From Sediminibacterium sp. (lineage in GTDB: Bacteria > Bacteroidota > Bacteroidia > Chitinophagales > Chitinophagaceae), in NCBI GenBank assembly GCA_017996795.1, contig JAGOGG010000001.1, positions 1 through 53,009 of the forward strand: a stretch of 53,009 nucleotides of DNA, read 5' to 3'. Under the pieces are notes generated by a model. That model did no database searches. It was given only the letters and a program-made list of their open reading frames with translations, and was not told the DNA's origin. Below are positions 20,862 to 30,118 of the stretch, piece by piece. The position numbers and the translations under genes are program-made. Positions within the stretch are counted from its first letter, which is position 1, and every line of letters begins with the position of its first letter.

Positions 20862-22226
20862 ATGAAGCCTTCAAAACCGCTAAAAATCTTCATTTTAGAA
20901 GACGACCTCTGGTATGGTACCATGCTAGAACACTATCTATCATTAAATCCTGACTACCAAGTTCAAAGATTTGAAACTGAAAAAGCATTCTTTCAAAAAA
21001 TACATGACCAACCCGATGTTATTACACTTGATTATACTTTAGCAGAAGGAGACGCAGATGGTAGCAAAGTATTGAAAAAAATAAAAGAATTCAATGCGGA
21101 TATTGAAGTGATAATCATTTCAGGTCAAGATCAAATAAGCACTGCAGTAGAATTATTGAAATCTGGGGCATTTGATTATCTGGTAAAAGATGAAGATACT
21201 AAAGATCGACTTTGGAATGTATTGCTTCACTTACAAGAAATTAAAGGACTCAAAAAAGAAGTGGAAACACTAAAAGATGCACTCAAAAAGAATTTTGATT
21301 TCTCCAAAGTAATCATAGGACAGAGCGATGCAATCAACAGTGTTTTCAAACTAATTGAGAAAGCCGCTAGAACAAATATTACTGTATCCATAACCGGAGA
21401 AACAGGCACTGGCAAAGAAATGGTTGCCAAAGCCATCCACTATAATTCAAGCAAACATAAATATCCTTTTGTTGCATTGAATGTTGCAGCTATACCGCCA
21501 GATTTGTTAGAAAGTGAGTTATTTGGATACGAAAAGGGGGCATTTACTGGTGCAAATGGAAAGAGAATAGGAAAATTTGAGGAAGCCAACAAGGGAACAA
21601 TATTCTTAGATGAAATAGCTGAAATGGATTTGCACTTACAAGCTAAAATCTTAAGAGTCTTGCAAGAGAGGGAGATAACTAGAATTGGGGGCAATTCAAC
21701 GGTTCATTTAGATGTTAGAATAATAGTTGCTACCCACAAAAATCTGCTCAAGGAAGTTCAAAACAAAACATTTAGAGAAGACTTGTATTATAGACTTTTG
21801 GGGCTTACGATAGAACTTCCACCTCTAAGAGAAAGAGGGAACGATTTCCTTATTTTAGCCAAACATTTTATACATAGCTTTTGTAGTGACAATAGGCTAC
21901 CATTAAAAACACTGAGTGCTGAAGCCATTTCAAAATTGAAACAATATGATTTCCCAGGGAATATTAGAGAACTAAAATCAATTATAGAATTGGCCATTGT
22001 AATGGCTGAAAAAGAAACGATTCTTGCTTCAGACATAAACATTGACAATAGTGACCATATTGGCAACTTACTAAATAAAGAAACCAGTTTGAAAGAATAC
22101 GAAAGACAAATTATTCAATTCTTTTTGAACAAGTATAATCAAGATGTACTGATGGTTTCAAAAAAATTAGATATTGGAAAATCAACCATTTATAGAATGA
22201 TGCAGAAAGGTGAAATATCTAAGTAA
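20862..22226 (+). CDS. Sigma54-dependent NtrC-family response regulator (REC-AAA+-Fis HTH)
   Basis: LEDD..TLD receiver, GETGTGKE, ESELFGYEKGAFTGA, FLDEI, C-terminal IGKSTIYR HTH. Confidence 0.95.
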   Translation: MKPSKPLKIFILEDDLWYGTMLEHYLSLNPDYQVQRFETEKAFFQKIHDQPDVITLDYTLAEGDADGSKVLKKIKEFNADIEVIIISGQDQISTAVELLKSGAFDYLVKDEDTKDRLWNVLLHLQEIKGLKKEVETLKDALKKNFDFSKVIIGQSDAINSVFKLIEKAARTNITVSITGETGTGKEMVAKAIHYNSSKHKYPFVALNVAAIPPDLLESELFGYEKGAFTGANGKRIGKFEEANKGTIFLDEIAEMDLHLQAKILRVLQEREITRIGGNSTVHLDVRIIVATHKNLLKEVQNKTFREDLYYRLLGLTIELPPLRERGNDFLILAKHFIHSFCSDNRLPLKTLSAEAISKLKQYDFPGNIRELKSIIELAIVMAEKETILASDINIDNSDHIGNLLNKETSLKEYERQIIQFFLNKYNQDVLMVSKKLDIGKSTIYRMMQKGEISK

Positions 22227-22231
22227 ATAAT

Positions 22232-24616
22232 ATGCTAAGTAATCGCCATTTATATGATAAGAAAAAATTAACCAATCCTTACTTAGGAGACCAACTAATT
22301 AATACCATTACAACCCATATTAATTTAGGTATATTAATTGAGGACGAATCTGGTCTTGTAATTTCAATTAATGAGGCTTTTTGTAATATTTTCAATATTA
22401 ATGCTCCTAAAGAAACACTAATTGGATCAGACTTAATTTTGAATGGAAGTATAGACTTAAGTGTTTTAGAAAACGAATACTATTTTATTCAAAGAACAAA
22501 TGAAATACTGAGTGAAAGAAAAATGGTAACCAATGATGGAATTGAATTAAAAAATGGTCAATACCTAGAGAGAGATTATATTCCAATAATAGATGGAGAA
22601 GTATACCAAGGACATATCTGGTATTATAAAAATTCAACTGAAAAAAATTTAGTTGAAAAAAAGTTGGAGAAAATAAAAAAGGCTTACGGTGATCTATTCA
22701 GTCACTTACCCAATGATATTGCAGTGCTTGATCCTGAATATGCCGACTTATTTCTTAATCCAATTACTGTAAAAGACGAAGAATTAAGACAATACATCTT
22801 AGAGTGGATGATTCACCCAAACTATCCAAATTCAACTAACTTATTCTCTGCAAAAGCTATCAATAACTATCAAGAATTATTTACAAGTGTAATACAAAAT
22901 AAAATTGAAGGTACCATTGAAGAAAAGCGAGTAAATGAAACTGGTGAAATTCATTATTACTTGAGAAATTTAAAACCCGTATTTGATGAGACAGGCAAAC
23001 TCAATATGCTTATTGGCTTAAATACAGATATTACAGAAAGGGTCAAAGTAGAAGAAGATCTAAAAAAAGCAAAAAGATTAACTGAAGATATTTCAAAAGC
23101 AAAAGAACTTTTTCTTGCAAATATAAGCCATGAAATAAGGACTCCCCTTAATGGAATACTAGGATTGGCCAATCTGATTAAAAAAACAGAACTAAATCAA
23201 CAACAAAGCAAAATGGCTTGGATGATTGATGAAGCCGCTAATAATTTATTGGTAATAGTAAATGACATATTGAATTTAGAAAAGATTTCATCAGGCGAAA
23301 TCATATTTGAAGAAATTCCCTTCCAACTAAAAGACCAAATTGCCACGATAGTAGACAGCTTTCAATACAAAGCAGAAGAACAAAATTTGCTATTAAAATT
23401 TGAAAATAAACTAGAAAGAGATCAGATGGTGTTGGGGGATCCTTATAGACTATCACAAATTTTAAATAATCTTATTAGTAATGCCATCAAGTTTTCTGAA
23501 AAAGGGTTTGTTTCAGTAACACTTAGCAGCATATCGGAAACCGACAATTTAATATGGTGCAAAATAGCTGTAAAAGATACTGGCATAGGCATTGCGCCTA
23601 ATCAAATAGAACAAATTTTTGAACCCTTTAAACAAGCTGACAGTTCAATTACTAGAAAATTTGGGGGCACTGGATTGGGTTTAGGTATATGCAAAAAATT
23701 AATTGAAAATATGGGTGGAAGAATTGCAGTAGAAAGCGTTCCATCAAAAGGCTCTACATTCAGTTGTATACTTCCAATCAAGAAGAATAATAAAGTTTTA
23801 TCTCCAACAATTAATCAACCCAACTACGAAAAATTAAAAGGCTGCAGAATTCTCTTAGCAGAAGACGTGGAAATGAATCAGTTTATAACGAGAACCTTAT
23901 TAGAAGAAAAAGGTGTTTATGTAAGTGTGGCCATTAATGGGAAAGAAGTGATTGAAAAAGTAACTAATTATCAGTATGATTTAATTTTAATGGATATATC
24001 TATGCCATATATGGATGGAATACAAGCGACTTCTATTATCAGAAGCATGAACCACCCCACCAAAAAAAGCATACCCATCATTGCAATGACTGCCAACGCC
24101 TTTAAAAAAGATGAAACTAAGTACAGAAGCGTTGGGATGAATGGATATTTAAGCAAACCATTTCATGAAACTCAGCTATACAATGCTATCATAGAGGTTT
24201 TAGACCAAGCACATTTTATTGTACAAGAAGAACAAATTGAAACGCCCAATACAAAAAGCAACAAACTGTATAATGAGGAATTGATTATGGGAATGGGAAA
24301 AGGAAGACCAGAATTTATTCAAAAAATGGTCGGTTTATTTCTAAAAACTATGCCAATTGATATGGAACTCTTGGTAAATTCTGCAACAATTAATGATTGG
24401 AAAACGGTAGAAAAAACTGCTCATAGAATGAAATCTGCTTTTAGAGGTATGGGAATAAAAATAGCAGCAACCAAAGTGAAACGAATTGAAGAAATGGCAA
24501 CAGATATTCCTTTAGACCAATCCATCTTTACCCATATCAATGATTTAAACCAACTATTAAATGAAGTATTGACGCAATTAAAAGAAGATTACCCAAATGC
24601 TTTTGTCCCAAAATAA
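22232..24616 (+). CDS. Cytoplasmic hybrid histidine kinase (PAS-PAS-HisKA-HATPase-REC-HPt)
   Basis: FLANISHEIRTP, NLISNAIKF, DTGIG, GTGLGL, LAED..MDISMP..KP, AHRMKSA HPt; no obvious TM helix. Confidence 0.93.
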   Translation: MLSNRHLYDKKKLTNPYLGDQLINTITTHINLGILIEDESGLVISINEAFCNIFNINAPKETLIGSDLILNGSIDLSVLENEYYFIQRTNEILSERKMVTNDGIELKNGQYLERDYIPIIDGEVYQGHIWYYKNSTEKNLVEKKLEKIKKAYGDLFSHLPNDIAVLDPEYADLFLNPITVKDEELRQYILEWMIHPNYPNSTNLFSAKAINNYQELFTSVIQNKIEGTIEEKRVNETGEIHYYLRNLKPVFDETGKLNMLIGLNTDITERVKVEEDLKKAKRLTEDISKAKELFLANISHEIRTPLNGILGLANLIKKTELNQQQSKMAWMIDEAANNLLVIVNDILNLEKISSGEIIFEEIPFQLKDQIATIVDSFQYKAEEQNLLLKFENKLERDQMVLGDPYRLSQILNNLISNAIKFSEKGFVSVTLSSISETDNLIWCKIAVKDTGIGIAPNQIEQIFEPFKQADSSITRKFGGTGLGLGICKKLIENMGGRIAVESVPSKGSTFSCILPIKKNNKVLSPTINQPNYEKLKGCRILLAEDVEMNQFITRTLLEEKGVYVSVAINGKEVIEKVTNYQYDLILMDISMPYMDGIQATSIIRSMNHPTKKSIPIIAMTANAFKKDETKYRSVGMNGYLSKPFHETQLYNAIIEVLDQAHFIVQEEQIETPNTKSNKLYNEELIMGMGKGRPEFIQKMVGLFLKTMPIDMELLVNSATINDWKTVEKTAHRMKSAFRGMGIKIAATKVKRIEEMATDIPLDQSIFTHINDLNQLLNEVLTQLKEDYPNAFVPK

Positions 24617-24716
24617 ATTTTTGTTCCAAATATGGGAATAATGGTATAGGATTCTTTATTATAAACAACTGATAATCAATATTAAATAGCCAGCAAACAA
24701 TTGGCATTGTATTAGA
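24606..24716 (+). promoter_or_regulatory. Candidate sigma54 promoter with the same enhancer box type
   Basis: TCCCAAAA (24606-24613) and TCCAAATATGGGA (24625-24637); AATCAA element near 24674; TGGCATTGTATTAGA (24702-24716), -12 element non-canonical. Confidence 0.45.
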
Positions 24717-24744
24717 TAAATACAGTTGATGAACAAAACCAACT

Positions 24745-25350
24745 GTGATGAATGTAACTGTGTTTATAAATGAACAATTGAATGAAATTTCGCAAAAATT
24801 ATTAATTGACCATTGTAATCATGAAATCATTCAAACAAAAGACCATACCCAATTTCCTTTTCTTTACGGAAAATACGCTTTAATGATTACCGAACCAGAA
24901 CCAGAGAATGATATTCATATTGTTTTTGATGGTTTCGAAAAATTTAATCAATATCCAATCATTGCTGTAGGAAATTGGAAAGCGAATGCCTACGGACAGG
25001 CGCTTTTTGAACGTTACAGAAACAGCTATTTAGTTAAATTAATACATCCGCAGATTCAATTAAGAACACTGAATATGCTCAGGACAAATTGTTTTATCTA
25101 TATTGATTCACATCACCAGGAAGACCAATCCGCTTCATTAATTGAAGCAATGTATATGCAACTACCTATTATTGCATATGCTTCTGAATACAATAAAGCA
25201 CTCACGCAAAACAATGCCATGTTTTTTAAGCACTCATCAGAATTGATAGACATACTTCACTCACTACATCCTACAAAAGCAGCCAATAATGGTGTATTAA
25301 TGAAGCAGTCAATTAGTTCCCAACTGGAGAAGCTTCATCTAATGCACTAA
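24745..25350 (+). CDS. Degenerate GT4-like protein, C-terminal half only (resembles C-domain of DUF1972-type glycosyltransferases)
   Basis: FPFL..KYA, EPEND, VGNW, LRTNCFIY, SLIEAMYMQLPIIAY; no N-terminal acceptor domain. Could be a gene remnant. Confidence 0.6.
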   Translation: MMNVTVFINEQLNEISQKLLIDHCNHEIIQTKDHTQFPFLYGKYALMITEPEPENDIHIVFDGFEKFNQYPIIAVGNWKANAYGQALFERYRNSYLVKLIHPQIQLRTLNMLRTNCFIYIDSHHQEDQSASLIEAMYMQLPIIAYASEYNKALTQNNAMFFKHSSELIDILHSLHPTKAANNGVLMKQSISSQLEKLHLMH

Positions 25351-27172
25351 GTTCTTCAAATTGAGGTACGGTGAGCGGCTTGGTAATGAAATGGGTGACA
25401 TTTGAATATTTCTTAGACTTTTCGTAATCGTTGTGATCAATGGAAGAAGTCAAAATTATCACTGGCCATGGTTGATTCATTTTTTCATATTCCTCAAGAA
25501 AGTCCCAACCATTCCTTCCCATAAAATTTAAGTCTAAAAATATCTTTCTTTTTAATGTAGGATTTCCTTTTAAATAGTCTATTGCGTCGTCAATATTATC
25601 AAATACTGTTACGGTCATATTTGGAATTACATTCCGTATAATTACAGTATTCAGCTTATTAATCATATGGTCATCGTCCACCAAAATAATCTCTTCGATT
25701 TCCTGATTTAATAAAAATTTATTTAGGGCAATATTACTGCTTGATGCAAAACTAACTTCATCAGATATCTTTAAAATAGCCTGATTCATTGTATTTGCAG
25801 AAGATTCTATATCCAACAAAATTTGTTGATAACCTTGTAATGTATTTTGTTGAAACTTTGCAGTTTGCAAAATTTGCAAGATTTTAGAAAACTCATGTCT
25901 TAACTCAAAAGATGCAATATCAGAAATTTGCTTAAGATGTGCCATTTGTTCTTCCACATCTTTTTCAGTCATTTTCTTTTTAGTAATATCATTTTGGATA
26001 GTCAAATAACCAATAATATTTCCTTGCTTATCAAACAAGGTTTCCATTTTGAGATCCAACCAAATCTTATTACCATTTTTAGCATAAAAAACAATTTCAG
26101 TTCTTAAACTTTTGCCTTGCGAAATGGCTTGTCTTAATTTATCTAAGGAATCAGCTGCTGTATCCGCCCCAGACAAAATAGCTATGGGCTCTTTGCCATT
26201 AACTTCTCTTAATGGAAATCCAGTTAATTTTACAAAACTATCATTTACCCAGGTTATCCTGTATCCAGGATCACACAAAATAATTACTACATTAATTCTT
26301 TGAGCAATCTTAGTAAACTTTGCAAATTCTACCTTAGACACTTCCAACATTTCTTTTTGTCTATGCATTTGCAATTGCAGCTCCTTCATATTAGTTACAT
26401 CCTGCAGCGTACCTGCGTAACCAACAAAGTCTCCTAGGTTCGTATACATGGGACTGCCTTGCATTTCTACCCATCTATAAGTTGCATCATACTTTCTGTA
26501 CCTAAATTGAATGGTATAATCAGATTTTGCTAAATATGCAGCGTTTTGCTCAGCAGTCACTTGGTATTTGTCTTCCAAATAAATCCCATCCATCCATCCA
26601 TTTCCCGATTCATTTTCTATAGAGACCCCCCTGAATTTTAACCAAGCTTTATTAACAAAATTAATTTGATGTTGGTGATTACTCATCCACATCATTTCCT
26701 TCATATAATCTGCAATTTCACGAAACCATTCTCTATTTTGACCTGAAATACCAGCTCCACCTGAATTAGTTGAAGTGGTTGTATTTGGTTGAAGAACTGA
26801 TGTAACAGCTGTTTTCCCTATTAATAAAAAAGCAACCGGGTAAGACCTTCGATCGTTTACCACTGAAAATTCATACTGAATAAAATTTTCACTCGCATTA
26901 ATTCCTGGGTGTTTTAGTTTTAAGCTGTTTGGAGCTGTAGATTTTGTAAGCAATACCTGATGAATCGTGTCTTTAATCAATCCTGCATCTGCAGAATTAA
27001 TTAAGGAATCAATATTTACCCCTTGTACAGATTCACCCACAATTTGATATAGCCTTTGAAAAGCATCATTGCAAAATGTAATATTTGCCTCTAAGTCTGT
27101 TGTAAAAACAAAATGGTCATTAGAAGAAATTTGATCTAATAATATTCTTTCAACACTATATGGATAACGCAT
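25313..27172 (-). CDS. PAS-PAS-PAS - pseudo-DHp - receiver protein, paralog of 16420..18243
   Basis: Colinear with the 607-aa paralog; H-box reads ASFELRHE; intact REC. Start set to ATG 27172 (track 27211). Confidence 0.85.
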   Translation of the reverse strand: MRYPYSVERILLDQISSNDHFVFTTDLEANITFCNDAFQRLYQIVGESVQGVNIDSLINSADAGLIKDTIHQVLLTKSTAPNSLKLKHPGINASENFIQYEFSVVNDRRSYPVAFLLIGKTAVTSVLQPNTTTSTNSGGAGISGQNREWFREIADYMKEMMWMSNHQHQINFVNKAWLKFRGVSIENESGNGWMDGIYLEDKYQVTAEQNAAYLAKSDYTIQFRYRKYDATYRWVEMQGSPMYTNLGDFVGYAGTLQDVTNMKELQLQMHRQKEMLEVSKVEFAKFTKIAQRINVVIILCDPGYRITWVNDSFVKLTGFPLREVNGKEPIAILSGADTAADSLDKLRQAISQGKSLRTEIVFYAKNGNKIWLDLKMETLFDKQGNIIGYLTIQNDITKKKMTEKDVEEQMAHLKQISDIASFELRHEFSKILQILQTAKFQQNTLQGYQQILLDIESSANTMNQAILKISDEVSFASSSNIALNKFLLNQEIEEIILVDDDHMINKLNTVIIRNVIPNMTVTVFDNIDDAIDYLKGNPTLKRKIFLDLNFMGRNGWDFLEEYEKMNQPWPVIILTSSIDHNDYEKSKKYSNVTHFITKPLTVPQFEELSALDEASPVGN

Positions 27173-27495
27173 TTTTGTCCTTATTTTTTTTGTATAACTC
27201 AATAATAACAATTCTAGTATTTACCCAAATTGTTTTAATGTACCTAACCATGTTTTTATATAATTGTAAAGCCATAGAATGATGTAAGCATAAATAATCA
27301 CTTTCAATATGAACCACTTAATATTATGGATAGAAAATATTCGTCCAAGCCAATATAAAAATTGGCCAAACAATAGTAAAAAATAAGCGAAAAATATAGA
27401 ACGGGAAGTTAGTTCACGCCACTTCATAGGTAATTCGTTGTGTAATTTAAATATACTGTATTTTCATTCTGGAATTAATAAATGCAGAATTTATT

Positions 27496-28620
27496 ATGGA
27501 AATAATACACCTGGTTTTTGCAAGAAATACTAAAGAAAAAATCAACCAACTGGTTGATATTGCTAACCAATTGGCAACAGAGCAAACTAAGTTGGGCTAT
27601 ACCGTTCAAGTTTGGGGAATTGGAGCTGGCACCATAGAGCAATTACAACAAAAACCATATAAAGTCTGCTTCTTCAGCTCAAGATTATTTATGTGGAATA
27701 CGCTGGATAATATGAAAAAAGCCATGAAAGCGCTTAAGCCAGGAACCATATTTCATATACATGGAGGTATTATTCCAATTTTTTATCCAATCATTTTTCA
27801 TCTTCATAAAAATGATTTTCAATTTGTATTATCTCCACATGGGAGGTACAACCTATATACTTTAAAATTGGCGAGCTATTTAAAAAGAAAACAGTTTGAA
27901 AATTTTGATACGAATATTATTAATTGGGCCAACGCTATCCATTTTGTAAGTGAGTTTGAACGAAAAGAGCTTTTAGCCTCCTGCCCTTTTGACTTACAAA
28001 AGTCTTATATTTTACCCAATGGATTAATCGATAATAATATCAATATTGCTCCTAAAATAATGAAACATGATGAAATTATTTATTGTTATTATGGAGAGCT
28101 GAATGTCACCAAAATGGGAATTGATATTTTACTAAATGCATTTTCTGTTTTTAAAAAAACAAATACCAATAATGCTGTACTCTGGATTATGGGAAATGGG
28201 AAAGACCGAAACACTATTTTGAAATCAATTAAAAAACTAGGATTGCACAAGTATGTATTTGTAAAACCAATGGTGTATGGCACATTAAAATTTGAACAGC
28301 TAAGTAAAATTGATATTATGGTAAGACCATCAAGATTAGACTATTCTCCTTTTGTTGTATTAGAAAGTGCGTCAATGTCTATCCCGTCTATTGTATCAAA
28401 TCAAACTTATTTTGCAGAAATCATCAAAGCAGCTAATGCTGGTTATACATTAAAAGACAATTCCGTAGAAACACTTTGCCAAATTTTTATCGAAAGCATG
28501 AACGATATCGATTCAATTCAGTGGAATAGAAAGAAAATGAACGCTAGACAAATGGTGATTGATCATTTTGCTTGGAACAATATTGCAAGAGCACAAATAG
28601 AAGTATATAAAACATTATAA
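27496..28620 (+). CDS. Glycosyltransferase family 4 protein with divergent motifs
   Basis: FHIHGG, LSPHG, AIHFVSEFE, LPNG, PSRLDYSPFVVLESAS, F.W..IA C-terminus. Confidence 0.8.
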   Translation: MEIIHLVFARNTKEKINQLVDIANQLATEQTKLGYTVQVWGIGAGTIEQLQQKPYKVCFFSSRLFMWNTLDNMKKAMKALKPGTIFHIHGGIIPIFYPIIFHLHKNDFQFVLSPHGRYNLYTLKLASYLKRKQFENFDTNIINWANAIHFVSEFERKELLASCPFDLQKSYILPNGLIDNNINIAPKIMKHDEIIYCYYGELNVTKMGIDILLNAFSVFKKTNTNNAVLWIMGNGKDRNTILKSIKKLGLHKYVFVKPMVYGTLKFEQLSKIDIMVRPSRLDYSPFVVLESASMSIPSIVSNQTYFAEIIKAANAGYTLKDNSVETLCQIFIESMNDIDSIQWNRKKMNARQMVIDHFAWNNIARAQIEVYKTL

Positions 28621-28636
28621 TAAATCATCCATTACC

Positions 28637-29620
28637 CTACAAAACCAGTAAACTGCAGCCACGAATATCTGCGTGATCCATTCTACCCAACACTTCAAAG
28701 CTTCCGTCAGCATATAGTTTGCCTATATCCTGTGTTGCAATAAAAGAGCAGCTGTAAATATTTGCAAGGTCTATGATTTGTAATAGTCCTGTTCCCTCCG
28801 TTAAAATGGCTAATGGATCATCTTCTTTTCGAACAAATACTTTCATCCATGGTGGGCAATAGTACCTGCCACCGCTCTTTGAATATGCTTGGCTGAGTAA
28901 TTCTGTCATTCCATATTCTGCATGAATAGATGGAAGACTTAACCTTTCAATGAGTGTTTCGTGTAATTCAGGTCTTGTTAGTTCTCTTCCTCTTCCCTTC
29001 ATGCCCCCTGTTTCCATTACCACTGTATATGTTAATTGCATAGGAAACTGTGCAGCAAAATCAAGTAGGGCAAATGTTACACCCAACAGCAAAGTGGGCT
29101 GACCTCTAGATTCTAACGCTGCAATCTTATTTGCTAATTCGGCATAATTATATAAATAAAAGCCGCTTTCGGAATGACCGCTCATTGCAATCATTTTATT
29201 AGCCATATATACCAATGAAGAATTTTCTCTTTCCAAATAAGCGGGTAACAAAGCCAATACACACCAATTTTGAATTGATCCGTATTGACGTTCAAATCCT
29301 TCAAGAAAAGCCTGCTCATAAATGGCTAAATTGGCCACATGATGCCTGCTAGTAACCATTCCAGTTGTTCCACTACTTTCAAAAATTTTCTGCTCTTGCC
29401 AGTTTCCTGTTTTCACCTGCTGCTCTTTGAAAAATGAAATAGGCAACGCAGGTATCTTTTGTGGTATCTTTCGTTCTGATGGCAATGAATCAATCAGGTC
29501 AACCCATTGGTGGTAAACTGGGTTATATTGGTACTGAAATTGAAAAACAGTATTACACAAATCATCAAAACTGGATTCATTTACAGAAAAAATATTGTTA
29601 ATATCAATGGGTAGTACCAA
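28637..29620 (-). CDS. LuxE-like acyl-protein synthetase / acyltransferase
   Basis: FESSGTTG, METGGMKGR, EYGMTELLSQAY, ATQD, RGCS. Confidence 0.85.
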   Translation of the reverse strand: MVLPIDINNIFSVNESSFDDLCNTVFQFQYQYNPVYHQWVDLIDSLPSERKIPQKIPALPISFFKEQQVKTGNWQEQKIFESSGTTGMVTSRHHVANLAIYEQAFLEGFERQYGSIQNWCVLALLPAYLERENSSLVYMANKMIAMSGHSESGFYLYNYAELANKIAALESRGQPTLLLGVTFALLDFAAQFPMQLTYTVVMETGGMKGRGRELTRPELHETLIERLSLPSIHAEYGMTELLSQAYSKSGGRYYCPPWMKVFVRKEDDPLAILTEGTGLLQIIDLANIYSCSFIATQDIGKLYADGSFEVLGRMDHADIRGCSLLVL

Positions 29621-29665
29621 CCTTATTTGTATTGTTTTAACTAAATTTGAAAAGAAAGTAATCTG

Positions 29666-30118
29666 ATGAGAACAAAATTATTAATCCTGCTGACAATTAC
29701 CTGCTTTTTTTACGGATGTAAAAAAGATGAATTTAATACAAAGCCAACACTTGCTTTTGGCGAAGTGAATTCAAGGGAACTCAGACAGGGCAATTTGCTC
29801 ATTTTCAGCTTAAACTTTACAGACAAAGAGGGAGATATACAAGATACCCTTTGGGTACAGAAGATTTCTAAAACCTGTCCCACTACACCTGGTGTGCAGT
29901 TTATTAGTCCAAATAGAGTTCCCGACTTTACAGGCACCCCTAATTTAAAAGGAAAATTAGAAGTCACTTTTGTTTACAATGCAAATGTACCAGGTACCCC
30001 TTCGATTGTAGGCTGTAACAATAGAAATGATACATCGTATTTTAGATTTTGGTTAAAAGACAAGGCCAATAACAGAAGTGACACCATTAGCTCTCCTGAT
30101 ATTATTTTAATTCGCTAA
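29666..30118 (+). CDS. Lipoprotein of unknown function
   Basis: Signal peptide II FFYGC-KKD, FTDKEGD motif; TAAATTTG -7 box at 29642-29649. Confidence 0.75.
   Translation: MRTKLLILLTITCFFYGCKKDEFNTKPTLAFGEVNSRELRQGNLLIFSLNFTDKEGDIQDTLWVQKISKTCPTTPGVQFISPNRVPDFTGTPNLKGKLEVTFVYNANVPGTPSIVGCNNRNDTSYFRFWLKDKANNRSDTISSPDIILIR

Noticed and set aside
24729-24773. 14-codon ORF MNKTNCDECNCVYK overlapping the half-GT start
   Set aside because: Too short to support; the Cys spacing can arise from the alternate frame. Would need ribosome profiling.
27221-27427. 68-aa hydrophobic ORF in the divergent gap
   Set aside because: F/I/L/Y/W richness is expected from AT-rich intergenic DNA, there is no motif, and the gap must hold two promoters. 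A small membrane protein cannot be fully excluded.
28637-29620. LuxE-like gene as evidence of bioluminescence
   Set aside because: No luxA/B/C/D in the window; stand-alone LuxE-like genes are common in Bacteroidota.
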